Source: Lama guanicoe
Taxonomy: Eukaryota
Assembly: GCA_013239625.1 (NCBI GenBank)
Contig: MU053513.1
Location: forward strand, 2,158,927-2,222,926
Length of the DNA: 64,000 nt
Reading direction: 5' to 3'
In this document: positions 1-13,257 of the stretch, one piece after another
Numbering within the stretch: position 1 is the first letter of the stretch
How the letters are laid out: each line of letters opens with the position of its first letter
Translations under genes and position numbers: made by a program
The notes under the pieces: model-generated
The model's database searches: none
What the model was told of the DNA's origin: nothing
What the model saw: only the letters and a program-made list of their open reading frames with translations

Positions 1-424
1 CAGAATATAATGCACTTAGTGACAGTGAGGATCTGAGAACGGTATCGTGGGCTTCCAAAATATACAACAGCTAGTTTAATTTGAATTTATATTTTTGGTA
101 ATTACTGAGGAGACTCAAATTATAACTGCATCTGCACTTTCTCAAGGAACTGGCCTTTTCTGTTAAAGACATTAAGGAATTGAGCCTGGAAATGAAGGAA
201 ATACAGGAGTTTGTGTTTGAGTGAATCATTGTGCAAAAAATGCAAGATGTTAACATTGGGAAAGCCTTTTATCACTCATCTTTATCAAGAGTTCTGGGGA
301 AATAAAACCAATGTGTATTGGCATTAAAAAAATGAAGATGTAGCTACAGAACAATGACTATATGCAGGCTGGGTCGAAGACAAAAAATAGATGCAGAATT
401 CTCTGCCTTCATGAACTGTATTTA

Positions 425-895
425 TGCAGTCTATTTCCCCTTGTCTCTCTGGCCCCACTGTCCACCGTTCTCTCCCCAGCTCGGTGCCCTGGCTGGTTGA
501 CTTTCTGGAATGAATCAATGGGTTCTCTTCCCTCTGGCTTCCAGTTGCTTTTGGCCTATGGTAAACACGAGCAGGAGATCTGAGGAAGGGAGGGGAGGAA
601 AGCCTGGACATGTATGCCCTTGGTTCTTGTCCTGTGGGGTCATCACAGGCTGAAGGTCAAGGCTTCTGTAAGGGAGCCTTCTTCATTTATCTGACTTTTT
701 TCTAGGTTCAAGTAACTTCTTCCTCCTACTGAATCTGTAAGCCTGGGTATGGATGGTAACTGATCCCATTTTCACCAGCCTCGTGATACTGAACTAACCT
801 TTGTAGCTTCCTTGTGTCCTTTTTCAATAGTTTCTTTATTAAACACTCTTGTTTAGCCTGTTCCATATCTTTCCTGTTGGCACTTGACTGACATA
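425..895 (+). mobile_element. Old ERVL LTR, LTR33-like
   Basis: The motif ctctggcttccagttgcttttggcctatgg...gcaggagatctgagg and the terminus ttcctgttggcacttgactgacata resemble the recalled LTR33 consensus. Confidence 0.6.
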
Positions 896-912
896 GAAAT
901 CTGATGAACTAA

Positions 913-1330
913 TGTGAAGGAAAAGCTGGGCTGGGCTAACAAGATAACTCACAAATCTAAGTGTCAGAATACTGGTCTGAGTTCTGCTGGACTAACTTGT
1001 AAATCTAAGTTAATTAGTGTTGGCTTGCTGTTCATGTTTTTTTTTTTGCTAGCCAGCTGGATTTTCAAAGAGATATATCTGGCTTTGGAATGTTGGTTTG
1101 CTGCCTCCCTGCCTCCACTTTTGTGATAATGATGCTGCTAAAGCGGTTCCATGCCTATTGGCCGAATACCCCAAGCTTGTACTTTACCCTACAAAACCTC
1201 ATGCGCACGTCGTGGAGGTGCTCAGAGCTTCGGAGCAGAAGCCCCTCTGAGCCCGCCGGCGTAATACATCTGAGCACTCCAACCCTCCGAGTGGCGCTTG
1301 CTTCTTGGCTGGCCTGTCGTTTCCGTAACA
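913..1330 (+). mobile_element. Solo ERV (ERV1-like) LTR
   Basis: TG...CA termini (tgtgaagg / ccgtaaca), near-identical 4-bp flanks ctaa/cgaa, TATA-like and polyA-like positions, and retained CpGs. Confidence 0.7.
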
Positions 1331-1894
1331 CGAACAGTTACCAATGTAAGGTACCGTATGCTAAGTGCCGTGTCAATATTACAGACAGTAAAATATTTTG
1401 CTGAACAAGCTGTGAGTAGGAAGAAATCTCCAAGGCTTAAGATCCTAAGGGAAGGTGTCCAGGGCAGGGTGAGATATGACAAGTAGTAAAAAATGACTAT
1501 CAAGGAGACACAAATAACGAGGGAGTTAGAGCAGAGCATGTTCACGAAATGGTGGTAAGACAAGCCAAGCCAAGTCGGGCTCAGATGAGATTGCACGGGG
1601 CAGTGATTGCACAGAGACACAAGAACCTCATGACACTTAATACTGAGAACCCATCGTGTGTGAAATCCCTCCCATTCAGAGGAATTTCTCTCCTACTCAA
1701 GAAAGCGCGCATGAGGACTAGGGAAGATGACATTATTGGATAACTGTGAATGTGCTCAAATCTCATACTTCAGTATGATTAGCAGCAGCCGGCTTGGTCC
1801 ACAACGACGGCAACACGCCGCGCTGAGACCCTTTGCTGCGTGCTTTAAACACCAATTCAGTTTGTACTTCAGCGTGCTTAAGAGTCAGCTTTGC

Positions 1895-2059
1895 TAAAGG
1901 TTTTTAACTTGGTAACTTGCAGATACTTGGGATCTACCCACAACAAATTCTAATTCAGTAATTCTGTGAAGGGGCTTGAACAATGCACATTTTTTGACAA
2001 AGCCTGTACCTGATTCTCATGCAAACCACAGAGGGAGAAACCACACTGGGAGAAACAAT
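1895..2059. mobile_element. hAT-Charlie MITE remnant (MER5-like)
   Basis: Pattern attctaattcagtaattctg...ggggc...tgcacatttttt...tgattctcatgca...ccacactgggagaaac. Confidence 0.55.
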
Positions 2060-2320
2060 AACCGACACTAAAGGCTTTCAACCAGAAGCACGAATTAATG
2101 ACGGCGGTCTTTTAGAAAGGTTAATCTGGCTACAGGACACAAGACAGGCTGGATGTGGAGAGAATAAGGCCAAGAAAGGGAGAATAGTGATGACTCTAAA
2201 AGTCCCAAGAGCTGGAAGGGCACCTGGCATGAAAAGGCTGGGATGAAAAGAAAAGAAGGGAAGGAACAGATGTGAGCAAAGTGAGGACTGAGCAGGCATT
2301 TATTTACAGTGTCAGGGTGT

Positions 2321-2850
2321 TGTGGTTTAAAATATGCCAAGTTGTTGTGTTTTTTTTTACACACTCTCCTATGAAAAAAAATAGTGGCTGTAATTTGCCT
2401 CTCCTTGAATATGGGGCTGACTTAATGATTCATTTCTAACAAACAGAAAGTGGTAGATGTGATGCATGACTTTGGAAGCTGGGTTAGCATAAGTGACAGG
2501 GCTTCCTCTTGGCTCCCGTGGGTGACATGCCTCCGAGCCCTGGACTACAGTGAAGTCCAGTCACCCTGAGACCCGCATATGGTGGGATAAGAAGAGATGC
2601 CTGAGGAACTCCAGCTGTTCCAGCCCCCAGCTATTTGAGTCTTCTTCCCCAACCAGGCATCAAATGTTAGTAAAGAAATCTAACTAACTCCAACCACCAT
2701 GTAAATACAACGTCCTGAGAGATCTTGAGTCAAAAGCAACCATCTGAGCAGCTCGTGGCTTCCTGAACCATCGAAAGCATCTGAAATGATCATACTGTTG
2801 TTTTAAGCCACTAAGTTTCGGGTGATTTGTTATGCAGCAACAGTACCTAA
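2321..2850 (+). mobile_element. ERVL-MaLR solo LTR (MLT1F-like)
   Basis: Typical MLT1 motifs cctccttgaatatgggg...gacttaatgattcatttctaac and the terminus gttgttttaagccactaagtttcgggtgatttgttatgcagcaa. Confidence 0.75.
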
Positions 2851-4604
2851 GTTGCGTGGCAAAGTCAAAGATGACTCAGATCTTATCTTTGTAGGAAAGT
2901 TGGAAATTGTCTTTTCACTTTATATAGGGCAATTATAAAAAATCTCATCAGCCTTTTAACTTCAATGTTTTTTTGTAGTCACAGCACATCACAATAAAAA
3001 TAAATGAATAATCGTTCAGTAATGTATTCTCAATTTCAAAGCCTAATTATTGAATAGTTATAAGCAAGCTTCAAGTCATTAGTCGCAGGGGAAAATATCC
3101 ACATTTTCTTTACTATTTTGCATGAAAGTGCTAATGCTTAGGAAAAAAATTTGTATAATTAAAATTAAATCATCCCCCCTTAGGAGCAAATCGAATTTGT
3201 CTCCCTTAGGAACAGCAAATCAAATTATGAGTCTGTCAAATCAATTCACTATGTAAGGAGGATGACAGCCCTCTAAGGACTGAGTTTCTTTTATCTCTAA
3301 GCATTTTTTAAAACTATATTTATCTAGTCGAGAATTTCTTACGTGTTCAATCTCACGCACTCAGACTCAGAACTTAACTTTATTTTTAGACTCCTTTTAA
3401 ATGGCAAAGGTGAGGCTAAATTACAGATTCTAAAGGAAATCACAACTAGAAAAAGAATGAATTTTAAAACAGTCATATACACCTGCTGTAGCAGGTCCCA
3501 CCCTCTGTTATCTCACGATGCAACATAAATGGAATTCACAAGGGCAGTGTCTGCGGGGGGGGGGGGGCACAACTCTCTGAAGCACAATTCCTGGAGTCCT
3601 TATCTCTCACTCAAGGAGCCTAAAGGAGTCAAATTAAGAGTGGCATTATTATAGGGATAATCTTGGGTCATTACTTTATTTAAAATAATTATTCCCAAGC
3701 ACTGAAGAAAGCCAGGGTGTCTTGAGGGGACCTTTCAAGTTTCCTCCCCACTAGTCCCTGACTTGACCACTCACTCCACTACCACCCAAGTGACAATGCT
3801 TAGTGCCTGCTACTACTGAGCACCAGTACTTAACTACGAACATTGCACCCCAAAACTATGACAACGCATCTCAGAAAACAAACCATGGCGAACTGCTGAT
3901 TTAACCAAGAGTTTGGACTTGTGTTAAAGAAGCCATTACTTCAGATATTCTGCAAATGATCCCTGATGAAGCTGACTTATTGAATCCCCTGGTCCTGGAT
4001 TCCTTAAGTAGGATGTGTGTACCCCAGGAGGATGGTTCAAGGTGATGAACTGGAGTGCAGGAGGAATTCTTATATCCTCTGTTTAAGTCAACTTTCAAAA
4101 TTTGACAAGTGGGAGAAATTAAGCTCCACAAATATTTAACATATAGACTGACATTGTGGCCCCCACCATGTCAGACAGCCATGTGCCACCTACGTAGGGT
4201 CTACATATCTTTGTGAGGTATTCTTCTGGTGACAAAGCAACAATGAAAACCAGCCACAGCTGAGACAAGGGAAGGACAATGGGGAGGACAATGGCACCAC
4301 AGGGTATGGACTCCAGTGCCTTCCAGAGGCCAGGTTGGTGATGCAAAGGCGAGCTACCGGCCGGGGTGGGAGCTGGGGGAACGGCCCTGCAGCAGACAGC
4401 ACCGACACTGTGCCAGCAGCATTGCTCACATGTAGGATGTGGACTGGGAGCTACCACATCTCCAAAAAGTTCAAAACAAGCCAGAAATCTGCTTTTTATA
4501 TGAAATCTTCCAGTTTGAGAATTTGACACACTTTTAAAAATTGCCTGAAGCCCACATTCAGCCTGAGAGCTGCGAACGTGTGACCTCAAACTGACTGAAA
4601 GCTA

Positions 4605-4790
4605 GCGGCATTGGATATCTGATCCCCTCCCTTGGAATCCTCGCTCTGACTTTGCTTGCTGGTGGCTTTAGGCAAGTTACTTAACTTGTCTGAGCTTCAG
4701 CTTCCTTACCTTGCAGAGTGGAATAACAATAGCTAAAGTTGGGGAGTCAAGTGATAACATAATAAAAATCAATTTTAAAATTAGTGCATT
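4605..4790 (+). mobile_element. MIR SINE
   Basis: MIR core ggcaagttacttaacttgtctgagcttcagcttcctta. Confidence 0.7.
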
Positions 4791-6099
4791 CAAATATAAA
4801 TGTCTAGAAACAATATACTTTGCTTTCACCAAAAACAGAATCAGAAGCATAAGAACAATGGAAAAATGAAGTCAGTGGAAGCACCAATTGATGCCTATCA
4901 ATACAACAGAAGTAAAATTCTGGATCTTGGGACATTTGGGTCAAAGACACGTAACCTCCTTCTTTTTGATTACACTTGGAAGAAAACCAACCAGCACTGT
5001 CATCAAGCAAATTCTGCATAAATGTTGAGCAAGGCAGCCAGGGGCACCAAACCACTCCTCACATGAAAATCACATGGACGTGGATGCACAAGCCTTGCCA
5101 GGAAAGGGTCCGAGGCCTCTCTGTGGGACCACACCTGAAGAGGGAGAGGCTGGGAGGAAGCTGGCTGGAATCAGGTGGGTGCACAGAATGGAGGGAGTTC
5201 GGGGTTTGCTTATACATATAGATGCATACTGAGAACACCGCCACTAATCAGTGAGCTTCTGAGTGCTTCTGCCTCGCAGTGTGAATGTCTCAGGGCTGGC
5301 GGACAATCACTGCAGTGGTTCCAGCCATTTCCAGCAGCAGAAAAATGTCTTCGAACAGAGTCTCACCTGGAAGCCCAAACAAAATAAAGCAGAGCTGTTC
5401 TGGCTGCCTTCGCATCTCAAGGTGGCCTCTGGGCTCCATCGATCAATTCAAAAAACAGTCCTAGAAGGAACCTGGAGGCCCTTTTGCCTTCAAAGCCTCT
5501 GACAAAAATGAGGGAAGAGCTGGGGGAGACCCTTTCACAGCATAAATCTGTGGAGCGTCTATCGTCACCGTGCGGAGGAGTAAGAACCACTGCCTGTTGG
5601 TGAGCCGTTACCACGAGACACACGCTGCTAAGAACTACAGGCCCTCGATCTTATTTAACCTTATAATGGTCCTGTGAGGTATTATTATCCTCGCTCTTCA
5701 AAGGAAAACACTGAGACCTCCAGAGGGTCAGCAAATTAGTCAAAAGCACAGATTAAGTGAGTCCAAACCTACTATAACCACCTCCACTGATTTAGATGAA
5801 CAGCTGAGAAATTGAACTCAGGATCACTTTTCAAACAGTCACTTAAATTCTTGTTTTTCTGGATATCCATGACACTAATACTTATTTTCCAATCCCGGTC
5901 GACGAACATTTATTGGAACTCAATATAGTAAAGGAAAGTGCTAAGTTAGCAGAGCAGGTGTAGGGGTCCTGGGGTGGTAATGGAGAAAAGGAAGAATGCA
6001 AGGAATTTTACGGCATGAATGACACAGAGAAAGAATAGAAGCCAGCCTCGGAGGGGAGACAGACAGAAACAAACACAATAATTCCACAAAGATCAATTG

Positions 6100-7560
6100 A
6101 ATACTGAGAATAATTGGTTAGAAAAAAAGTAGCTCATTCATAACAGTAGCAATAATTAGGAACAAAGATAACAAAAAATGTACAAGGCTTTTCTACAGAA
6201 AACTGTAAAACTTTACTTACTGAGGAACATAAAATAAGATCTGAATGAACAGAGCGATACGGCGATGCTCATGATGGGAAAATGTCAGTTCTCTGAAAAT
6301 TATTCTCTATATGATATAATCTATATTGAAATTCAGATAAAAATCTCTATAGCTTTTATGAGTCTGACAAATTGATTCTAAAATCCATAAAGAAGAGTAA
6401 ATGTATAGGTGTAACCAACTGAGAGAAGACGACGAAAGGGAGTGGGCTGTCTTTCAGACATCAGGGTATAATCTAGAGTTCCTTGACTGAAATCATGATG
6501 TTGACGCAGATGAACATAAAGAGACAACAGAATTGAGGAGAGAAGCCATAAAGCAGATCCATGTCTAAACAGGAAGAAGTCATTTCAGTGGGAAAAAGAT
6601 GTACAAGTCAACACATGATCTTTGGACCACTGGATACATTTTTCATTTCCATTTAAAACATACAATAGAATTCTATCTCTGCCTCACACTATACACAGCA
6701 AGTAATGCAGATAAAATAAACAGCTGAATCTTCACGACAAAAACTTAAAATAGCTAGAAAAAATAGAATATTTTTGAGGCTATAGATATGTTCTTAATAT
6801 CTAAATGCAAAAGCCAAAAGGAAAATACTGATACATTTACCACATTAACATTTAAAACTTCTGTAGGACAAAAGATAGGTCATGATTCTGCATGTGTTTC
6901 AAGCATGACTTAGAAAAGTATCAGTGGAGGGAAATAGGTAATCAAGATATATAACAAAGAATTAGTATCACGAATGTCAAAATCACTAATAAAAAGTAAT
7001 CCAAGGGGCCAAGGTTATGTTTTAACAATTCTCAAAAGAGGAGATACAAATGGCTAATAAATACACTCTTGAATGTTTCAGTTCACTAGTGGTTAGGAGA
7101 ATACAAGTTAAAATAGCAATACAGAAACATATCTAATCTGTCAGGTAGCCTAAAATAAAAATAACCTGAAATCAAGTATTGGTGCGATGCAGGGAAATAG
7201 GAAAGAAGTAATCATAAATTTATTAGATCACTTTTTAATAATGTATTAACAAAATCTAAAATGTAGATTTAAAACCACACACACACACACATACAAACAC
7301 ACACAGAGCTTCCCTCTACCCTAGAAAATCCATTTCTAGAAATATTTCTGAGACATCTTTCTGACATATGCCAAGGGAGATGTGTACAGAAATGTTGTTC
7401 ACTGTGCTGTTGGTAACAGTAATTTTAAAGCGACCTGAAATTCCACTAATAAAATATGATATATTTATATGATGTAACATTATGAAACAGCCATAAGTAT
7501 GAGCTTGGTCTGTATGTATCAAAACAGACAGAGCTCAAAGGCAGAATGCACAGTGAAGAA
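6100..7560 (+). mobile_element. Ancient degraded L1 (L1M/L1ME-type) ORF2 3' region
   Basis: A-rich strand with diverged L1 ORF2 motifs (ctgacaaattgattctaaaatccata, caaatggctaataaatac, atgttgttcactgtgctgttggtaacag). Boundaries are approximate. Confidence 0.65.
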
Positions 7561-8536
7561 AAGCACATTAAGGGTTGATATAAACAGCACTGAGGAAACA
7601 GCAGGGGCAGGTCACTGTGAGAGACAGGAAGTAATCTGGCATGGAGAAGGCATAAGCAGACACACAGAACTGGTGGATTAGCTGGGGCCAGATAGTTGAA
7701 TATATTGTTAATTATTGTCAGTTAAAAAAATTGGTTTAGTGTAGGTGTTCTGCCTTCATTTTTAATAATAGCACCTCAGAGTTCTCACTGGTTTCAGCTT
7801 TACTGTTTGGTTAATAAATCCTCAGTACAGAGATCCAGCTTTTCTCCCCACTCCTAGCTCGTGGAAAATGAAATTCCACAATGTTTGAAAAGCACCTTGC
7901 TTGGGTTCTAACTGTGGACTGTGAACTGCCTGTGTAAATCTTGGGCTATGCAGTCTGCTTGGTCAGTGGTGAAGAGATCTGAGACCTCCCATTTCTGCCT
8001 ACCTTGATTTTTTCCCTCACTAGTCTGTTATCTCTCTTCAACAATCAGACCCAAGGCGAGAAGAGATTTTTTTCCAGAGAGGAAGGAACTACTGTAAAAT
8101 GCAAGGCTCTACTACGGTGATGGTGACGAGGAGAGTTGCCATCTGCCCCGTCAACTGGCAGACAGGAGCTGGGAGGGCTCAGCTCGGGCTGAGAAGTAGG
8201 GGCGGGAATGAAAGATGGGGGGCAGCATGTCACTTCTGGTGGAAAGGGCTTTTTGTCTCTCAAAATCTGTTTCCTTTCTTCCATGACAACAACTCTACAG
8301 CCAGGCTCATGCCTGACCACATGACTCATCTCCCAAATCTTTGTGATGGTTAGGAGGTAGCCATGTGACCTGAGTTCTCATTACTGGGCTGTGAGTAGTG
8401 ACATGTGCTGCCCTGGGGTCTGGGACTGAAGTAGTTGAGCATGTCCCTTCTGTACTCTTCTCCCTCTTCCAACCACCTGAAAACAACCATGGCACAACCT
8501 AGCTTTCACCATGCGGACGTCAACCATGTCCTAGGG

Positions 8537-9007
8537 CTGTGGTTGTCAAAGTGTGGTCTTGAGATCTCTGAGGATTGCTGAAACTCTTTCAGGGAGGTGA
8601 AGGGTCAAAACATTTTTCATACTGACACTGAAAAATTCTGTCTTTTTCACTCTCGTTCTCTCACAAATGCAGTTTTCCAGTGGCTATGCGAAGTGTGGTA
8701 TAATAGCAGGTGGAATGTAAAAGCAGTCATAAGAATCCAGCTGTCTTCTATTAAGCCAGAAATTAAAGAGATTTGCAAAACTGTAAAGCAATGATATGGT
8801 TACTTTTCATAAAAATGTGTTATTTTTATTAACTTGTATGGTTTTATTGCTATTTTTAAATGACTTAATATTTTTAAATGTCTGTTTTAATGTCTCATAT
8901 ACTAAATATCAACAGATATAATCCATGTAAATGAAAGCTTTTTGAGTTCTTTAATAATTTTTAAAAGTGTAAAAGGGTCTTATGACCAAAAAATTTGAGA
9001 ACTATTG
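8537..9007 (+). mobile_element. hAT-Charlie DNA transposon (Charlie4a-like) nested in the MaLR 5' LTR
   Basis: Degenerate TIRs ctgtggttgtcaaa / tttgagaactattg, 8-bp TSD tcctaggg / ccctaggt, and internal agaatccagctgtcttctattaagccaga. Confidence 0.8.
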
Positions 9008-9480
9008 CCCTAGGTTTTGGAGGAACAATAACTTGAAAAGAACCTGCATCTATGAGTGACTGTGAGGACTGATGCTGTGAATGAATAAGGACCCTCATTT
9101 ATGGTGACACTGTCACATATAAGAGGAATAAGGATGCTACTGTATCATTGGGGTCTTTTTATTATAGCACCTTGGATTTCGTCTAAATAATACAGACAAT
9201 AGTCATATAAGTGGTATATTACCATATCAAAAGCTGAAATATGTGGTATTGGTTGGTTTTTTTGGGCAGTAAGGGCACAGATTATTTTAGACTGGAAAGC
9301 TGATGACCCCTGTTATGCCACTGCAAGATATTAGGTATAAATATTATGATATTCTGGAAGGCATACCATGTTCCTATGGAGCCCATAGCTAGAGAAGAAA
9401 TGCCCAGAAAGAGCTAGAAGGTTACTATGTGTTGACTATTCTCTGTTGTATTTGGAAACATTTTACAAGAAATAGATAAA

Positions 9481-12060
9481 ACCCTTAATAAAATCAAAAA
9501 TGAAAAAGGAGAAGTCACAACCAATACCACAGAAATACAAGGGATCATAAGAGGCTACTATGAGCAACTATATGCCAACAAAAAGAACAACCTAGAAGAA
9601 GTGAACAGCTTCTTAGAAAGGTACAATTTGCGAACACTGAATCAGGAAGGAATAGAAAATATGAATAGACCAATTACCAGTACTGAAATTGAATCAGTAA
9701 TTTAAAAACTCCCAACAAATAAGTCCAGGAACAGATGGATTCAGAGGTGAATTCTACCAACTATTTAGAGAAGAGTTAACACCTATCCTTCTCAAGCTAT
9801 TCCAAAAAATTGCAGAGGAAGAAACACTTCTGAACTCATTTTACGAGGCCACCATCACCCTAATACTAAAACCAGACAAATATATCACAAAAAAGAAAAC
9901 TATAGGCAATATCACATATAAATATAGATGCAAAAATCCTCAGCAAAATACTAGCAAATCGACTCCAACAACTGCATTAAAAGGATCATACACCATGATC
10001 AAGTGGGATTTATCCCAGGATGCAAGGATTTTTCAATATCTGCAAATCAATCAATATGATACACCACATTAACAAATTGAAGAATAAAAACCATATGATC
10101 ATCTCAATAGATACAGAAAAAGCTTCTGATAACATTCAACATCCATTTATGATAAAAAAAAACACAACTCTCCAGGAAGTGGGCATAGAGGGAAAGTATC
10201 TCAATATAATAAAGGCCATATATGACAAACCCACAGCTAACATCATACTTAATGATGAAAAGCTGAAAGCATTTCCTCTAAGATCAGAAACAAGACAAGG
10301 ATGCCCACTCTCACCACTTTTATTCAACATAGTTTGGAAGTCATAGCCATAGAAATCAGAGAAGAAAAAGAAATAAAGTAAATTCAAATTAGAAAAGAAG
10401 CAAAACTGTCACTGTTCACAGATGACACAATACTTTACATAGAAAATCCTAAAGAAGTGACCAGAAAACTACTAGAGCTCATCAAAGAAATTTGGTAAAT
10501 TTGCAGGACACAAAATTAATATATAGAAATCAGTTGCATTTCTATGCATGAACAATGAAATAGCAGAAAAAGAAATTGAGGATATAATACCATTTACCAT
10601 CACACCAAAAAAGAATAAAATACCTAGGAACAAACCTACTCGAGGAGGCAAAAACCTGTACTTCAAAAACTATAACACTGATAAAAGAAATTGAAGATGA
10701 CATAAACAAATGGAAAGATACACTGTGCTCTTGGATTGGAAGAATCAATATTGTTCAAATGGCCATACTACCCAAGGCAATATATCAATTCAATGCAATC
10801 CCTATCAAATTACCAAAGCCATTTTTCACAGAGCTGGAACAAAAAATGTTAAAATTTGTATGGAAACACAAAAGATTCTGAATAGCTAAAACAATCTTAA
10901 AAAAAAGGTGAACAGAGCTGGGGGAATCATGCTCTCTGACTTCACACAATACTTCAAAGCTACAGTAATCAAAACAGGATGGTACTGGCACAAAAACGGA
11001 CACACAGATCAATGGAACAGGACAGAAAGCCCAGAAATAAACCCACACACTTATGGTCAATTAATCTGTGACAAAGGAGGCAAGAACATACAATGAAGAA
11101 ATGACATTCTCTTCAACAAGTGGTGATGGGAAAACTGGACAGCTACCTGTAGAAGACTGAAAGTAGAACATTCTCTAACACCATATACAAAGATAAACTC
11201 AAAATGGATTAAAGACCTAAATGTAAGATGAGATACTATAGAACTCCTAGAGGAAAACATAGGCAGGACACTCACTGACATAGGTCACAGCAATATTTTT
11301 TTGAACCAGCTCCTAGAGTAATGGAAATAAAAGCAAAAATAAACAAATGGGATCTGATTAAAACTTAAAAGCTTTGGCACAGCTAAGGATCAGAACAAAA
11401 AGACAATCTACAGATTGGGAGAAAATATTTGCAAATGATGAGACTGACAAGGGACTAATTTCCAAAACAAACAAACAGCTCATACAGCTTAGTATCAAAA
11501 ACAAACAAACAAAAACAACAAGCAACCTCATCAAAAAATGGGCAGAAGATCTAAATAGACATCTCTCCATAGCAGACATCTAGATGGCCAACAAGCACAT
11601 GAAAAGATGCTCAACATCAGTAATTGTTAAGAGAAATGCAAATCAAAACTGCAATGAGATATCACCTCACGCCAGTCAGAATGGCCACCGTTAAAAAGTC
11701 CACAAGCAATAAATGCTGGAGAGGGTGTGGAGAGAAAGGAATTCTCCTACACTGTTGGTGGGAATATAAATTAGTGCAGCCATTATGGAGGATAGTATGG
11801 GGAATCCTCAAAAAACTAAAAATAGACTTATCATGTGATCTAGCAATCCCACTTCTGGGCATATATCTGGAGGAAAATATAATGTGAAAAGACACATGCA
11901 GCCCAATGTTCACAGCAGCATTATTTTCAATAGCCAAGACATGGGAACAACGCAAATGTCCACTGACAGATGACTGGATAAAGAAAATGTGGTGCATATA
12001 TACAACAATGGAATAGTACTCAGACATAAAAAATTATAAAATAATGCCATTCGCAGCATT
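9481..12060 (+). mobile_element. LINE-1 ORF2 fragment (RT and C-terminal regions), frameshifted, lacking 3'UTR and polyA
   Basis: ORF-track peptides such as [21 protein letters not shown]...[26 protein letters not shown] and [17 protein letters not shown] are L1 ORF2p. Confidence 0.97.
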
Positions 12061-13257
12061 ATCCAGAAAAGAACTTTGAATATGGTTACTTGTACATAGA
12101 ACTAACTGGAAGCAAAAAGAGAAGCCTACCAAATTTTTGAGGAAGTGGTTTTACCAAAGCAACTATCAGCCTACCCAAAAAAAGCTTGTATTTTTTTTTT
12201 TCAAACTTAAAATAGCTCCCAAGGAGGGCATTGTCACAACACATCACTTTGATGGGCCCATGCAGAATAATGGACAATAAGAATAACTTCTCAGAGGGCC
12301 GGGGCCTCAGAAGAGAACAGGCAAACAATGATTCCTTAAGAGAGAACATGGAGTTGCCAATGGGTTAACTCAGGAAATCACTCCACTTCCAGGGCAAGGA
12401 CCCTTGGCAACCCCTGCCTCACAGGATTTGTTATTTGCTATGGTTCAGGGACTACCACACACAGTGCCAAAATTCCCTCTTCTGAACAGGGGCCTTTATT
12501 TCACTTCTCCTGGTCTTGCTCCCCCACTGTTTATTGTTGGCAGGGAGGCGGACAACCTGGTGTCAGTTGACAGGTGGCTGTGATGAGGAGTCGAATCTGG
12601 ACCTGACGGAGAGAACTGAACATCAAGTAGAGATTCCTGACTTTTGCACTAGATGATGGGCTCTGGGTTGTTTTCCTTGGACAGTGAGTGAGTATGTTCT
12701 ACGTGTGGGAAGCAGGGAGCATGCAGACATTTGGAAAGCCAGGGAGGCAAACTGCGGCAGAAGCTGCTAGTGCGTTTCTCCCAACTCCCCATAGAAACAG
12801 AACCGCCACCCAGCCGGACTAAACGTCCCAGCCTGCCTCGTGATTACAACACATCTACATTCTCAGCAGTGCCATGTGAGCAGGGGCGATGAATGCCACT
12901 TCCAGATCTGGGACTTCAGACCTTCACATCCTCTTCCCCTTACATGCCAGCTGGAACCTATATGTGAGGCCAACCCTGCTTCGACCATGCAGATGATGAC
13001 CGTGTTCTAGGAGGTGGCGGAACAACTTGGCAGGAACCTAACTGACCTCAAGGAGAAAGGCTGTCCCGTCAGTCTGACTGTTCACACTGACACTACTCCC
13101 TATAGGAAAAATCCACTTACATCTTAGGTCTTTCTGTTACAATGGTCTTACAATCACTCATATAGATGCTCATGTCAGAAATCCAACTTTTTATATACTC
13201 TGAACCAGTGAGGAAATCTTAAGGGAAAATTTCTGCATGTGTTTATATATGCCTACA

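Larger units (their letters stand above)
8237..13165 (+). mobile_element. Full-structure ERVL-MaLR (MLT1J-like) provirus: LTR ~8237-9194, internal region, LTR 12753-~13165, with nested insertions
   Basis: The two LTRs share the motif accatgc(g/a)ga...tg(t)cctagg...ggaacaa...aggaacct. The internal sequence starts after aataca at 9194, and a polypurine-like tract ggaaagccagggaggcaaac precedes the second LTR. Confidence 0.72.

Noticed and set aside
3555..3567. G13 homopolymer
   Set aside because: It is too short for a confident three-tier intramolecular G4, and homopolymer length is unreliable in assemblies.
4119..4589. 156-aa minus-strand ORF in AK5 intron 5
   Set aside because: It has a non-ATG start, no similarity to AK5 exon 6 or any family I recognise, and no clear splice signals.
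10020..12027. ORFs resembling reverse transcriptase
   Set aside because: They are frameshifted fragments of L1 ORF2 and its antisense frames, not a retron, DGR or host gene.
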